Below are positions 47,201-57,820 of a DNA stretch of 64,000 nucleotides, piece by piece; the first letter of the stretch is position 1, and each line of letters opens with the position of its first letter. The position numbers and the translations under genes are program-made. The stretch is taken from the NCBI GenBank assembly GCA_950097015.1, contig CATNEN010000038.1:5580001-5644000 (forward strand). Reading direction: 5' to 3'. Origin of the DNA: Macrostomum hystrix (lineage: Eukaryota; Animalia; Platyhelminthes). The notes below the pieces were generated by a model that saw nothing but the letters and a program-made list of their open reading frames with translations, ran no database searches and was not told where the DNA came from.

Positions 47201-48488
47201 AAGGGGGAACTGTCGTAGCTACCTGTTCTTCTTCAACCGGCTGTTGCCGGCCCACCGAACCCGCCGAGCCATCATCGCCGGCATCAGAGCCATCGGGGCG
47301 AGTCTGCAGCTTCTGTCGTCCAGCCAGCACCGCCTGCTTATCCTTCTCTAGCTGCTGTTGAGTCGGCGGCCAGTACTCGCTGTTTGAGGTCAACAGGTAA
47401 GTCAGCACCTGAGAATGAGAATCATTTAATTGTTTTAATACTCGAAATGAACTTCCTTTGATTTGATTTATTCAAGAATACTGCTAGAAGCCAATCTAAA
47501 AATATTCAACGAGTAGTAATCCATCTAGAAACACCATAAGAATCCTTCTCAAAATCTAAGAAGAATCCTCATCGAAATTCTGGATGAATCCTACAAAAGA
47601 AAGAAATCCACTATAAATCCTCTAAGAAACCCACTAGAAATTTTCTAAGAATCCCACTAGAAATCCCCTAAGAACTAAACTAGAAATCCCATTACAATCC
47701 AACTAGAAATTTCTTTAGAATCTTACAAGAAATCCCTGAAGAATCCCCCTAGAAATCCCCTAAAAATTCGCTAGAAATACCCTAAGAATCCAACTAGAAA
47801 TCCTTTAGAATCTAACTGGAAATCCCCAAATAATTGCACAAGAAATAAAAAAAATTCCCGTTTTAAATCTAATAGGAATCTCACTACAAATACTCAGAGA
47901 TTCATTTTTTAAATCCCCGAATGATCCCACAAAAAAGCAGCTAATAATCGCAGTCCTAATCACTCTAAAATCCCAGTTGAAATATCCAAAGATCGCACGA
48001 TAAAAAACCATAAAATTCAGATTAAAAATCCCCACGAAAATCCCCGATATAAATCCCAGGAGAAGCCTCTATAAATCCTAGAATGAGGATCCGCTGACCT
48101 TCAGCTCGCCGCCTGTGGTCAGTTCGCCCAGGAGTTTCTCGTCACCGGCCAGCTGCTTGCCGCACAGGCAGCGCTGTATCTCCTTCGGCAGATTGAAGGC
48201 CAGCAGGCATTCGTCTTTGAGGTCGGCAATGCAGGCGTGACGGGACATGACGAGGCGGAGCGGCTGGCTGACCCGGTCCTGACCCACCTGCAGGGTCAGG
48301 GTGACCAGCAGGTGATCGTCAGGCAGGGTGCCGCCGTGGTTGGCCTCCGACTCGGCGTAGACTTTGAAGCTGCTGCAGCGCGACGAAGCCAGCTGAGCTG
48401 CCAGGTCTTCCGCTTCGGCATTACGATTGCCGGCTAGAGCTGCGTGGAGTTTCGCTGTCAGGTGGGTGACTTGGGCTGACACGGGCAT
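44206..48488 (-). CDS. RBCK1: HOIL-1/RBCK1 RBR E3 ligase (LTM-UBL-NZF-RING1-IBR-RING2), ~506 aa, 5 exons
   Basis: Exons 48488-48099, 47408-47223, 45897-45736, 45503-44946 (GC donor), 44430-44206. [24 protein letters not shown]; catalytic REGCDW; diagnostic C-terminus [39 protein letters not shown]. Confidence 0.93.
44508..44735 (+). mobile_element. SINE family B in the last HOIL-1 intron
   Basis: A-box TGGCCTAGTGG, B-box GGTTCGATTCCC, AGCAAGAC...CTCTGCATTGCTTCAGTTCA. Confidence 0.8.
45528..45728. repeat. 23-bp repeat (AAGCAACAGGGGAAACTGTACTC)n filling HOIL-1 intron 3
   Basis: Direct reading. Confidence 0.93.
46018..46498. repeat. ~28-bp degenerate repeat (AAAGAATGGCGGCTTATCAAAGAATTCT)n
   Basis: Direct reading. 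Confidence 0.88.
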
Positions 48489-48759
48489 CGCCGAGGCTGT
48501 TACGCTGCTGAGGACTGGAAAATGCTTATCTTGTTAAATTATCATGCGCAAACTATGCTACTGACCAAAACATAATATATGAAACTATTGTGAATATAAA
48601 TTGGTTTCAAAGCTTCAGGTTTCATTACAAATAAAGTAACGCCAATCATTAAAAAATAAACTGTCTTTTAATAATTTAAGTGAACAAGAGGTTCAAATTA
48701 TAGTGGCCATTCTTATAATTATACTTATAGTACACTACAGCTTCTAATCAGTCATGTAC

Positions 48760-49790
48760 ACTAGAGATTCCAATAATTTAAGTACATTACATGTTTCAAT
48801 CATTAAAGTACAAAACTGATTTCAACCATCAAACTACAATAGAGATTTCAACCATTAAAGTACACAAGAGATTCCAATTATTGAATTACACTAGAGATTA
48901 TAATCATTTAGAGTACACTAAAGATTCCAATCATTAAAGTACACTAGAGATTTCAATCATTTAAGTACACTAGAGATTTCAATCATTAAAGTACACTAGA
49001 GATTCCAATCATTAAAGTACACTAGAGATTTCAATCATTAAAGTACACTAGAGATTTCAATCATTAAAGTACACTAGAGATTCCAATCATTAAAGTACAC
49101 TAGAGATTTCAATCATTAAAGTACACTAGAGATTTCAATCATTAAAGTACACTAGAGATTCCAATCAATAAAGTACACTAGAGATTCCAATCATTAAAGT
49201 GCACTAGAGATTTCAATCATTAAAGTAAACTAGAGATTCCAATCAATAAAGTACACTAGAGATTCCAATCATTAAAGTGCACTAGAGATTTCAATCATTA
49301 AAGTACACTAGAGATTCCAATCAATAAAGTACACTAGAGATTCCAATCAATAAAGTACACTAGAGATTCCAATCATTAAAGTGCACTAGAGATTTCAATC
49401 ATTAAAGTACACTAGAGATTCCAATCATTAAAGTGCACTAGAGATTTCAATCAATAAAGTACACTAGAGATTCCAATCAATAAAGTACACTAGAGATTCC
49501 AATCAATAAAGTACACTAGAGATTCCAATCAATAAAGTACACTAGAGATTCCAATCATTAAAGTGCACTAGAGATTCCAATCATTAAAGTGCACTAGAGA
49601 TTTCAATCATTAAAGTACACTAGAGATTCCAATCAATAAAGTACACTAGAGATTCCAATCAATAAAGTACACTAGAGATTCCAATCATTAAAGTGCACTA
49701 GAGATTTCAATCATTAAAGTACACTAGAGATTTCAATCATTAAAGTGCACTAGAGATTTCAATGATTAAAGTACAATAGAGATTTCAACC
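48760..49790. repeat. 26-bp minisatellite (AAAGTACACTAGAGATTCCAATCATT)n
   Basis: Direct reading. Confidence 0.95.
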
Positions 49791-50146
49791 ACAATAAGTG
49801 AAAATCCAAATCTTATGCCTACACAATTAGTTTTCCTAATCTTTGAGCACTGATATTTTAATCATACAACTGTGCTAATGATTTTAAAAACTTAAAGAAC
49901 ATTAAAAATAAAAGCAAAATAATGATTTAGCGAAAAAGAATAACTTGCACTTGAATTTGCGTACTTTTTATTTGGAAAAAAATTGAAACAAGTGAAGATG
50001 GCATGAGAGGATCATACGATTATGTGCTAAAATTTGACGATAGTTTGACATTATTCAAGTAAAATATTCACAAAGAAGAACCCCACAGCAATGCTCTGGT
50101 AATGTTTTGTTTCTAAGAATACATAATTTTTAACAAAAATGTCGTT

Positions 50147-50385
50147 TTAACAGTAGGACTACCAAGCCACCTTGTCACTCATGTTACCCCTAGGTATAAA
50201 AATGGGGAAAACATTGGGCAGCGCCCGAATGCTAACGGCGTTTGGTGGTGACTGACAGACTAGGCGATGGTGCACTGTGGTTGGGCTGCGCCTAATATTT
50301 AGGCTTGATCAGTGAAATTGGAGACATTTGCGTCAGGGTGTCCATAGTGGCCTATTTCCACCTGTTGTAGCCCTTGAAGGTCCAG
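50147..50385 (+). mobile_element. Interspersed repeat family C (copy 2)
   Basis: Homology to 41481-41722. Confidence 0.75.
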
Positions 50386-51035
50386 AAAATCCGTCTAGAT
50401 AAAGGTAGGTGACCACCGAAGACGGAGATGATGCAGGCACACTCGGGTGACATGCTCATTAATTTTGAAGGCCTTCCAAGGCCGCAATGACTCACAGTGC
50501 TAATTCGTGTGTATAAGCTAATAAACATTGGTTGGTGCATATCGCTGACAGCTACCTAGAAACCGCAGATAAACAAATGAAACGATAGCGAAAAATCATA
50601 GAAATGAAAAAATTGCCCGCTACTAAAGACAATCAGTGCCTCTGAGTGTTTTTAGTCCAGCAATCAACCATTTAATCGTCATTAATAATCGGTAAAAATG
50701 ACAATTAAAAGATTGATAAATTGATTTATACGATATGCAGGAATATAACTCTGTGCTAATCGACCACATCGGATGATCCGGATAGAACATAGGACTCACT
50801 GCTGGGCTGAGACCAACGGCTATTCGACTGAACAAGGCTGGCAGTTAGTCAGTGACAGACTTCTTAATCCTGCAAAAGTCAGAGTACGGCGTCCAGTGAT
50901 TAGTTCATTAGTCTAGCAATCCCATTGTTCTTTGCCTGATTGTTGAGACCTCATTAGGATCGATAAAGTACTTTAAGTATGTAGGATTTTGTAGTTTTAT
51001 CTATAGCTTTCTAATATACGAGCGTGGATCTAAAG

Positions 51036-51415
51036 CAGAGGTCGGCAAGTTGCTACTTGCTAGCGGGCCGCATTGACTGTAGAAACATGAGATAGGGGAG
51101 AGATGAGACACGGGAGAGATGAGACACGGGAGAGATGAGACACGGGAGAGATGAGACACGGGAGAGATGAGACACGGGAGAGATGAGACACGGGAAAGAT
51201 GAGACACGGGAGAGATGAGACACGGGATAGGTGAGACACGGGAGAGATGAGACACGGGAGAGATGAGACATTGGATAGATGAGACATGGGAGAGATAAGA
51301 CTGAGGAGAGATGAGGCAGGGGAAAGATGGAACAGGATACTGTAGGGGCAACGGGCCGGATTTGGGAGCCTCGAGGGCCGCATCTGACCCGCGGGCCGGA
51401 GTTTGCCGACCCCTG
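51036..51415. mobile_element. hAT-family MITE with 8-bp TSD ATCTAAAG and an internal 16-bp tandem repeat
   Basis: TIRs CAGAGGTCGGCAA / TTGCCGACCCCTG; TSD at 51028-51035 and 51416-51423; GCGGGCCG subterminal motifs. Confidence 0.9.
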
Positions 51416-51704
51416 ATCTAAAGTGTATTGCATAGCGTAAATTTATGAACAAGTAAAAAAATATATTTACTTATATATAGGCTCTAAAATGTACTTTTAT
51501 GCATAGGATCGAAGATTTAGGATGCGAAAGGTGTAAATTTATTAGTAGGGTAAAAATGTTATTTTACGGTAGGAATCAATAGTGAATTTTTATAATAAAT
51601 AATCAATTAGTATAATGTAATTCTCTGATTAGGATCTAAAGTTGACTTTTTGGGAAGCTAATTAGGATAAATTATTATCAGCCTGTGTTCAAGCCGAGTC
51701 CTGA

Positions 51705-52060
51705 AGGGGTCGGTGGCAGAGCGGTTAACGCGTTTGCCTACCGCGCCAAGGTCCCTGAGTTCGATTCCGCGGCGAGGCCACGTTCATTTGAGGTGCAGCC
51801 GCGGAGAGAAGGCTTGGGGGCTTGTCGTTCAATTTACGCTTTTGAGGGCCAACCTCCAAGGCACAGTGAAGTGTACACTGCCTGATGATGAGAAAGTCAG
51901 GGCAGATGTACACACCTGTGTGAGCGTATGCCTGCGTACAGTATCTGTGTGCTCAGGAGTCAGCGAAATGGGCAGAATTGCTTCCTCGCTGACTGCGGGT
52001 CCAGTGTCACCAAATGATGTGCCATTGCCCGCAGCCGTATTGCAATTACATTATTATTAT
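51705..52060 (+). mobile_element. SINE family A, full length
   Basis: A-box TGGCAGAGCGG, B-box GAGTTCGATTCC, ATT tail. Confidence 0.9.
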
Positions 52061-52104
52061 CCGGGTCCTGTATATGTCCTTTTTATTGGGATTTCATTGT
52101 GCTT

Positions 52105-52390
52105 GTAGCCTTGCGATAAGAGCGTCGGACTCACGACTTGAAGGTCGGGGGTTCGATTCCCGACTCCACTGGAACAATTTGTGTCATTTAGCAATACACT
52201 TAACTCTGCAGTGCTTCAGCTCACCCAGCTGTTAAATGGGTGCCAGCACTAGCTGGAGTAATTGAAAGTGGGTGTGGCGTCTCCCCAGTCCATGGACTGG
52301 ACAGCCGTACGCAGCCTTCAGATTCACTGAGAAAATTCTTCGGCTGTGCTGCCGGCTGCACATCTGACCCAATTCGGGCAGATTTCTATA
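52105..52390 (+). mobile_element. SINE family B, near full length
   Basis: tRNA-like head GGACTCACGACTTGAAGGTCGGGGGTTCGATTCCC; CORE-like domain; tail CTTCGGCTGTGCTG. Confidence 0.83.
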
Positions 52391-54661
52391 TAATTTTCAA
52401 GCCTAGCACTCACCGTCGAAGTGTCAGATTCAAAAGCGTGACGATTCTGGTCGGAATTCAAATTCTGGCCGGATCTAGCTCGAATCAATCTCTTCTGCGA
52501 GTTTAATTGCTGCTGGGCAACCGGGAAAGCTGAGTTGATTCCTAATATCCTGCGATTTGCAGACAGAACATTTCCCGTCGGCCCACGAGCCAGTCTTTGC
52601 TGCAGCCGTCCCATATTTTGCTGCTGCTGCTGCCTCCTCTGCTGCTGCTGCTGTTGCTGTTGATGCTGTTGGATGCGAAGAATTGAAATTAAAATCCGGT
52701 TTGAGCAGTGCTCACAAAGAATTGTGACTGTAGTACAGTTTGAGCAGTGCTCACAATGAATTGTGACTGTAGTACAGTTTGAGCAGTGCTCAAAATGGAT
52801 TGTGACTGTAGTACAGTTGCAGTGCTCACAATGGATTGTGACTGTAGTACAGTTTGAGCAGTGCTCACAATGAATTGTGACTGTAGTACAGTTTGAGCAG
52901 TGCTCACAATGGATTGTGACTGTAGTACAGTTTGAGCAGTGCTCACAATGAATTGTGACTGTAGTACAGTTTGAGCAGTGCTCACAATGGATTGTGACTG
53001 TAGTACAGTTTGAGCAGTGCTCACAATGGATTGTGACTGTAGTACAGTTTGAGCAGTGCTCACAATGGATTGTGACTGTAGTACAGTTTGCAGAAAGCAC
53101 GAATAACCACTTACCGTAGGCCGCATCTCCTTTGGCAAATTAACGGGCACCCAGCCAGTTCTAGCCAGCGGACAGTTACGCAGGCTGAGCAGAAACTCCC
53201 TGCCATAGCGAATCTTGGGCTTGGACGGCGGAGCTGGCATCGCCACGGGGATCGGCTTCGGCAGTTGGAAGGTTTCCTCAAACTGACTGAGGAGTCTACT
53301 TTGCCGCTCAACGCCGACAATAGCAGCAACTGAGACCGTGTCCGAGTCTGTGTCCGAATTTTCCGAGCCAGAACAGCTGTCCGGCCGGCAGGCTGAGCAC
53401 ATCTCGCAGCCTGGACGGCGCCAGGGATTTCTGAAGGTGCAAATTTGGCACTCCCAGGTGCGGGCCTGGGGTGGGTGGTTTCCAGTGGGGGTTATGCACA
53501 AGCCTGATGCAATCTGACCCTATCGATCAGTCATACCTGATGGTATCTGACCCTATCGCAATCTCACCTCTGCTTCTTCATCCGTTGCCATGGCAACTAG
53601 TGGAGCTGCATCAACAATGGCGGTGGCATTTGCCTCGAGCGATTCGCCAATTCCCAGGTCGTTCTGTACTTCCTCGGCCTCAGCTGCTGTAGCGGCGGGC
53701 TCTGAGGCGGCAGCGAGTCCACGAGGTCGCGGTTTGCTGAGCACGTAGAGGTGAACCGGTCGAGTCTCACTCACTGCACCAAGATCGCTCAGACACCTTG
53801 GAGTAAGAAAATTAGCAATTCGAAAATAACCTTGTTACATACAGAACACAGGTGAGTACACTGGTGAAAATAATAAACACAGATCGCTGACTCCTGAGCA
53901 CACACGCACACAGATACTGAGCGCAGGCACAAGCTCACACATGTATGTACACCTGCACTGACTTTCTCATTGTCAGGCAGTGTGCACTCTCACTGTGCTT
54001 TGGAGGTTGGCCCTCAAGGGCGTAGATTGAACGACAAGCCCCCAAGCCTTCTCTCCGCGGCTGCGCCCAAAATAAATGTGGCCTTGCCGCGGAATCGAAC
54101 TCCGGGACCTTGGTGCGGGAGGCAAACGCGTTAAGCGCACTGCCGCCGACCCCCAGGCAAACACAATTAAAAGAGAGTGGATTACGAAATCATGGTCTCC
54201 ATATACTGTTTGCTGCATGAAGTGTAATTTTCTCACCGCTGGTCCGTCGCCACCAGCCCGCCGACAATCCAGACTTGCCGACCAGCCGGTAGGTCGCCAG
54301 CTGATCGCGCCTCCATCCGAGAGCGCAGTTCGCCAATTCGCGTATCTGGGCGCGCCATCAGCCGCAGAAGCCGGGGCTCCGTGCCCCGAGCCTCCAGCTG
54401 AACTGGCAAAGCGAACCAGCCTTCCTCCAACAGCGAGCAACCGACGCCAGTTGGGACCTTCGGCGTAGTCAGCGGAGCCGGTGCTGGCCGAATGTCCAGC
54501 AGGATGCGCTGCTTGCTCAGTAGGCGGGCCTGAAGTGCAGCTTCTTCGGCATCGCCGGAGCGAATGGCCCCCTCGAGGCGGGCTGCCACCGACGAGACTG
54601 AGGCCCACCAAGCTGGGGTGTCAGAGGCAGCAGCAACCTCGTCAGATGGCCCTGGCTCCAG
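52324..54661 (-). CDS. SHARPIN-like protein (LTM-UBL-NZF, no RBR) with a C-terminal 4E-BP-like eIF4E-binding motif and polyQ; 5' end lacks an ATG
   Basis: Exons 54661-54237, 53796-53568, 53465-53115, 52665-52324 are phase-consistent. LTM AARLEGAIRSGDAEEAALQARLLS; UBL QVWIVGG...VHLYVLS; NZF WECQICTFRNPWRRPGCEMC; KIRYGREFLL. Last exon less certain. Confidence 0.82.
52698..53090. repeat. 39-bp repeat filling intron 3 of the SHARPIN-like gene
   Basis: Direct reading; explains the CSNCTTVTIHCEH ORF. Confidence 0.94.
53885..54155 (-). mobile_element. SINE family A (3'-truncated), intronic
   Basis: Homology; head GGGGTCGGCGGCAG. Confidence 0.85.
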
Positions 54662-56226
54662 CTGAGAATGTGAAACAAGGTGTTGTGTATTTTTTATGTA
54701 CTTCTAAAAACCCTTAAAAAATAAAATCCATTTGAGAATATTTAATGTTAAATGGTAAAATATTAAAAATCTATTTTTGTGAAGTTATGACTAGATTTTA
54801 ACAATGTTGCAGTATAACTTGAAATTTTTTGTTCAAGACTAAGAGTTCACATATTTTTATAGCCACAGCTTAGCTAACTTTCAAACAAAAAAGAGACATA
54901 TAGATGTCTATAATGTCTATAAGTTTTTAATTTGTGTTAGAAACCCAAAAATTTCTAGTGACTATATACAAATTACATTTTTCTTTATTAATTAGGTTGC
55001 TAGACGTTATTGTGGTTTTGATTCAAGTCTGCTCTAAGTCTAGTTTAACTAATTGCGAGTTGCTTATAGTTAAGTATGTTAAAAAAAGAATTGAAAAAAA
55101 ATAATATTTTAGAACTTCTGTTTAACTAGCTAGCTAATATAAAATGAATCACAAAGAAAATAAAACTCTTTTTAAGTATCTAGGTTTCATATTATATATA
55201 TAAAGTTAAGATACGTTATATAATTCTTAATAAATAAATTTTAAATAACAGGCAAAGACCGATAGCTACTTCGCTTAAAACTTTTGTCTTTGTTAGTGTC
55301 TCTTAGTTTCATTGATGTTCTTGTCCTATGCTGATTGGCAGCTTTAATGGGCTGAATCTTAAGTTACTTAAATTTATTCTAAAAATGATAAATATTTCAA
55401 TAGGATCGTGGAGGGAAATCAGGATCTAAAATCAGGATGTATGTATTTTTATATCTTTATGAGCACGCTCAAATTAAGCAGTAAGTTCCAACCAGTGAAA
55501 TTGTGAAAACGAAAACTAAAACAAGTAATTAATTTCTAAACAAGGCATCAAGTTAAATATGAGGGTCACGGGATTAGGCAAAACCGTTTAGCTACATCAG
55601 GCCTCTAAAATTTAGAACCTGTGTAAACAACTGGCAATTAATTAATCTAGAGATTTGGCACAATGCTACTCATCAATTAAGTCTTCGCTTTTGTTATAGT
55701 CGAGCTTGTACGCAAAACACCGACACATCACAGCCAGAGATTTTCAATTTGGCTTCCCACATGCATAATAAATGATAAGAAAGAATGCGCCACTTGTACA
55801 GGGCTGAGGCATCTGTCATAGAGAGCCATCAGCTGAATTACAAACTCGTGCTTCCCGACACTTCTTTTGCTCGCGTATCTTGTTGGCCAAAGTTCAATGA
55901 TCACTTTGCATCGAACTTATCTAAAACGCGTTGCTTTTACTAGGGTAACTAGCTTGTTTATAATGGTTAAATGGTTCCTTGTCTTTTACGCTCATGCATC
56001 GTGCAGTTAATGCTGAAAATTGACTCAGTTATAGAATTGTGTTCTGCGTCCTAACTTGATTTATGCCCTGAAACTAAAAATAGGTCTGTCGATCGTATTT
56101 TAGTTTGGCACGAAATTGCATAGGCCATAGAATTAGGAAAACATTTTATGTCACTTCGATCTAAGCTCTCTGTGAAAAGTCTATAAATCGGTGTTTTTTA
56201 ACAAATTTTCTGTCACATGATCGAAT

Positions 56227-57561
56227 ATGTTGCTGCTAGAACAGATCTTTTGGGCTGTGACGATAGCCACTATTGCCGTCTGCATAATCATTAGCTGGGT
56301 CATGGTTGCCATGTTCTTCCGCATTTTGTACTCCAGCCCAGGATCTAGCAACGCTATCAACGCTCGTTGGGGCATCTCCAGCCTGCCGCGCTCGAACTTT
56401 CGACCACTGCCGGCGCTGCTACGCCTGCGAAAACTGGATTCCGGCGATGACTCAACGCTGCCGAATCGATCGGCACACAGCGGATCGATGGCAAGGTAAT
56501 AAAACTAAGGCAGTTGTTATTTGTCCGGATAGCCGTTTGATTATTCGTCCGGTTAACCGAGGTTGTAGGGGTTGTATAGCGCTACCACGAGAACCTCAAT
56601 CATTTGTAAGATAAAATAATTAACAAGCTGCAAAAGTACAGTCATTCAGATTTGAAGTTTGTGTCTCAAATTATTTTCGTTTATCAACTAATTAAAAAAA
56701 TTAAAACCTTTTCCAGAAATTCGGTTGTTTCAGGGACTAACTTAGTTCAAGGGTATAGTTTGGTCTTTGTGAGGTCAAAGACTCAAGATGGCTATTAGCA
56801 GGGCAAGAGTGGTCTTTGGGAGGATCGTTGCTCCTGCTCATTGAAAGGGGAGAAATTAAGTCCTTGGGTGGTTAACCGGTTAACCGGACGAATAATCGAA
56901 TGGCTATTTGTCCGGTTAACCGGACAAATAACAACTACCTAATACTAATATAGTATAATATAATATATAATATAATACTAATATGTATACTTAATTGCTC
57001 TTCGAATAGCAAATCGAATCGTTCGTGCCTGACTTACTCAGTTATAGCAGTGATATGAAATAAAATAGGAGTTATCTAAAATAGGAGTTTTAGTCTCGTA
57101 GGCTCTGATTTTACAGCTCTTTATAGCCAGAACTTGAATTTTAAGAAACGCAAATTGGTTTTTTTGTGACTTCAGTCTTAGGGGCAATCGTTCTCTAATT
57201 GTCGACATCTAAATAGTATTCTTCGTTAAATATTCGATAACTTTTGATCACAGCTTTGATATCTGTCTAAACGATTTAATGATTTCAACCCCACCAAAAA
57301 ACCTGCAGTGCGCAGCAGGTCAACTGCTGCAACTCGGAGCCGATCTCAAGATGGCCAGCTGGTCGCGACTGGAGCCAATTGGAGTCGAGAATGAGAAGCA
57401 AACTGCGGGCCCTGCGCAAAGCTGCCGTCTGCAGACTCAAAAATACTAACAATTGCAACTCCAACAACCAATTCATTGATTACGTTCAAATGGCTGCTGG
57501 TTTACCAGCTGAACCTGAAGCTATCATGCTGCAGTACACATACCTGTACGATATGGCTTAA
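56227..57561 (+). CDS. Orphan single-pass membrane protein, ~173 aa, 2 exons
   Basis: Exon 56227-56495 (AG|GTAAT) joins in phase to 57309-57561 (CTGCAG|). N-terminal TM helix; no recognised domain. Confidence 0.55.
56506..56941. mobile_element. MITE-like element with ~50-bp imperfect inverted termini
   Basis: GGCAGTTGTTATTTGTCCGG...ATTATTCGTCCGGTTAACCG versus its reverse complement at 56876-56941. Confidence 0.7.
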
Positions 57562-57589
57562 CAGTATAAAGAGGACGCTATTTCCCCAT

Positions 57590-57820
57590 AGGGAATGAAC
57601 ACGGCGTATTTCAAATACCCACTCCCTACTTCATATACTTAATATAATCAATACAATATAATAAACAATAATTGCCGAAAAAGTTCCATGATGCTACATT
57701 TTGTGAGCAGAAAAATTATACCTAAATAGGTGATTTTTGCCGCCAGTCATGGGGACAAGAATAGTTGCATATTTGTGGGAGATACAGAAAATGGGTATTT
57801 GAAAACTCCGTGGTCATCCT
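57590..57820. mobile_element. MITE-like element with ~28-bp imperfect inverted termini
   Basis: ATGAACACGGCGTATTTCAAATACCCA versus TGGGTATTTGAAAACTCCGTGGTCAT. Confidence 0.6.

Noticed and set aside
51870-51912. Hammerhead-like CTGATGA...GAAA in SINE-A
   Set aside because: No stem II or stem III can form; the segment is better explained as a simple hairpin CTGAC/GTCAG
52105-52170. tRNA genes at SINE heads (also 9625, 44508, 51705)
   Set aside because: A/B boxes are present but no complete cloverleaf with an acceptor stem; each continues into a repeated SINE body
52324-53100. Cys/His-rich (CSNCTTVTIHCEH)n metallothionein- or zinc-finger-like ORF
   Set aside because: The repeated part is the 39-bp intronic array between GT-AG sites 53114 and 52666; only the 3' part is exonic
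44206-54661. One long gene with two LTM-UBL-NZF modules
   Set aside because: The upstream unit has a terminal exon with a stop, and the downstream unit has its own ATG and a full HOIL-1 length. Not fully excludable without cDNA
57285-57476. Minus-strand ORF with TIR-like ALRRARSLLLILDSNWLQS
   Set aside because: No other convincing TIR boxes or joinable exons found; the plus-strand two-exon model fits better
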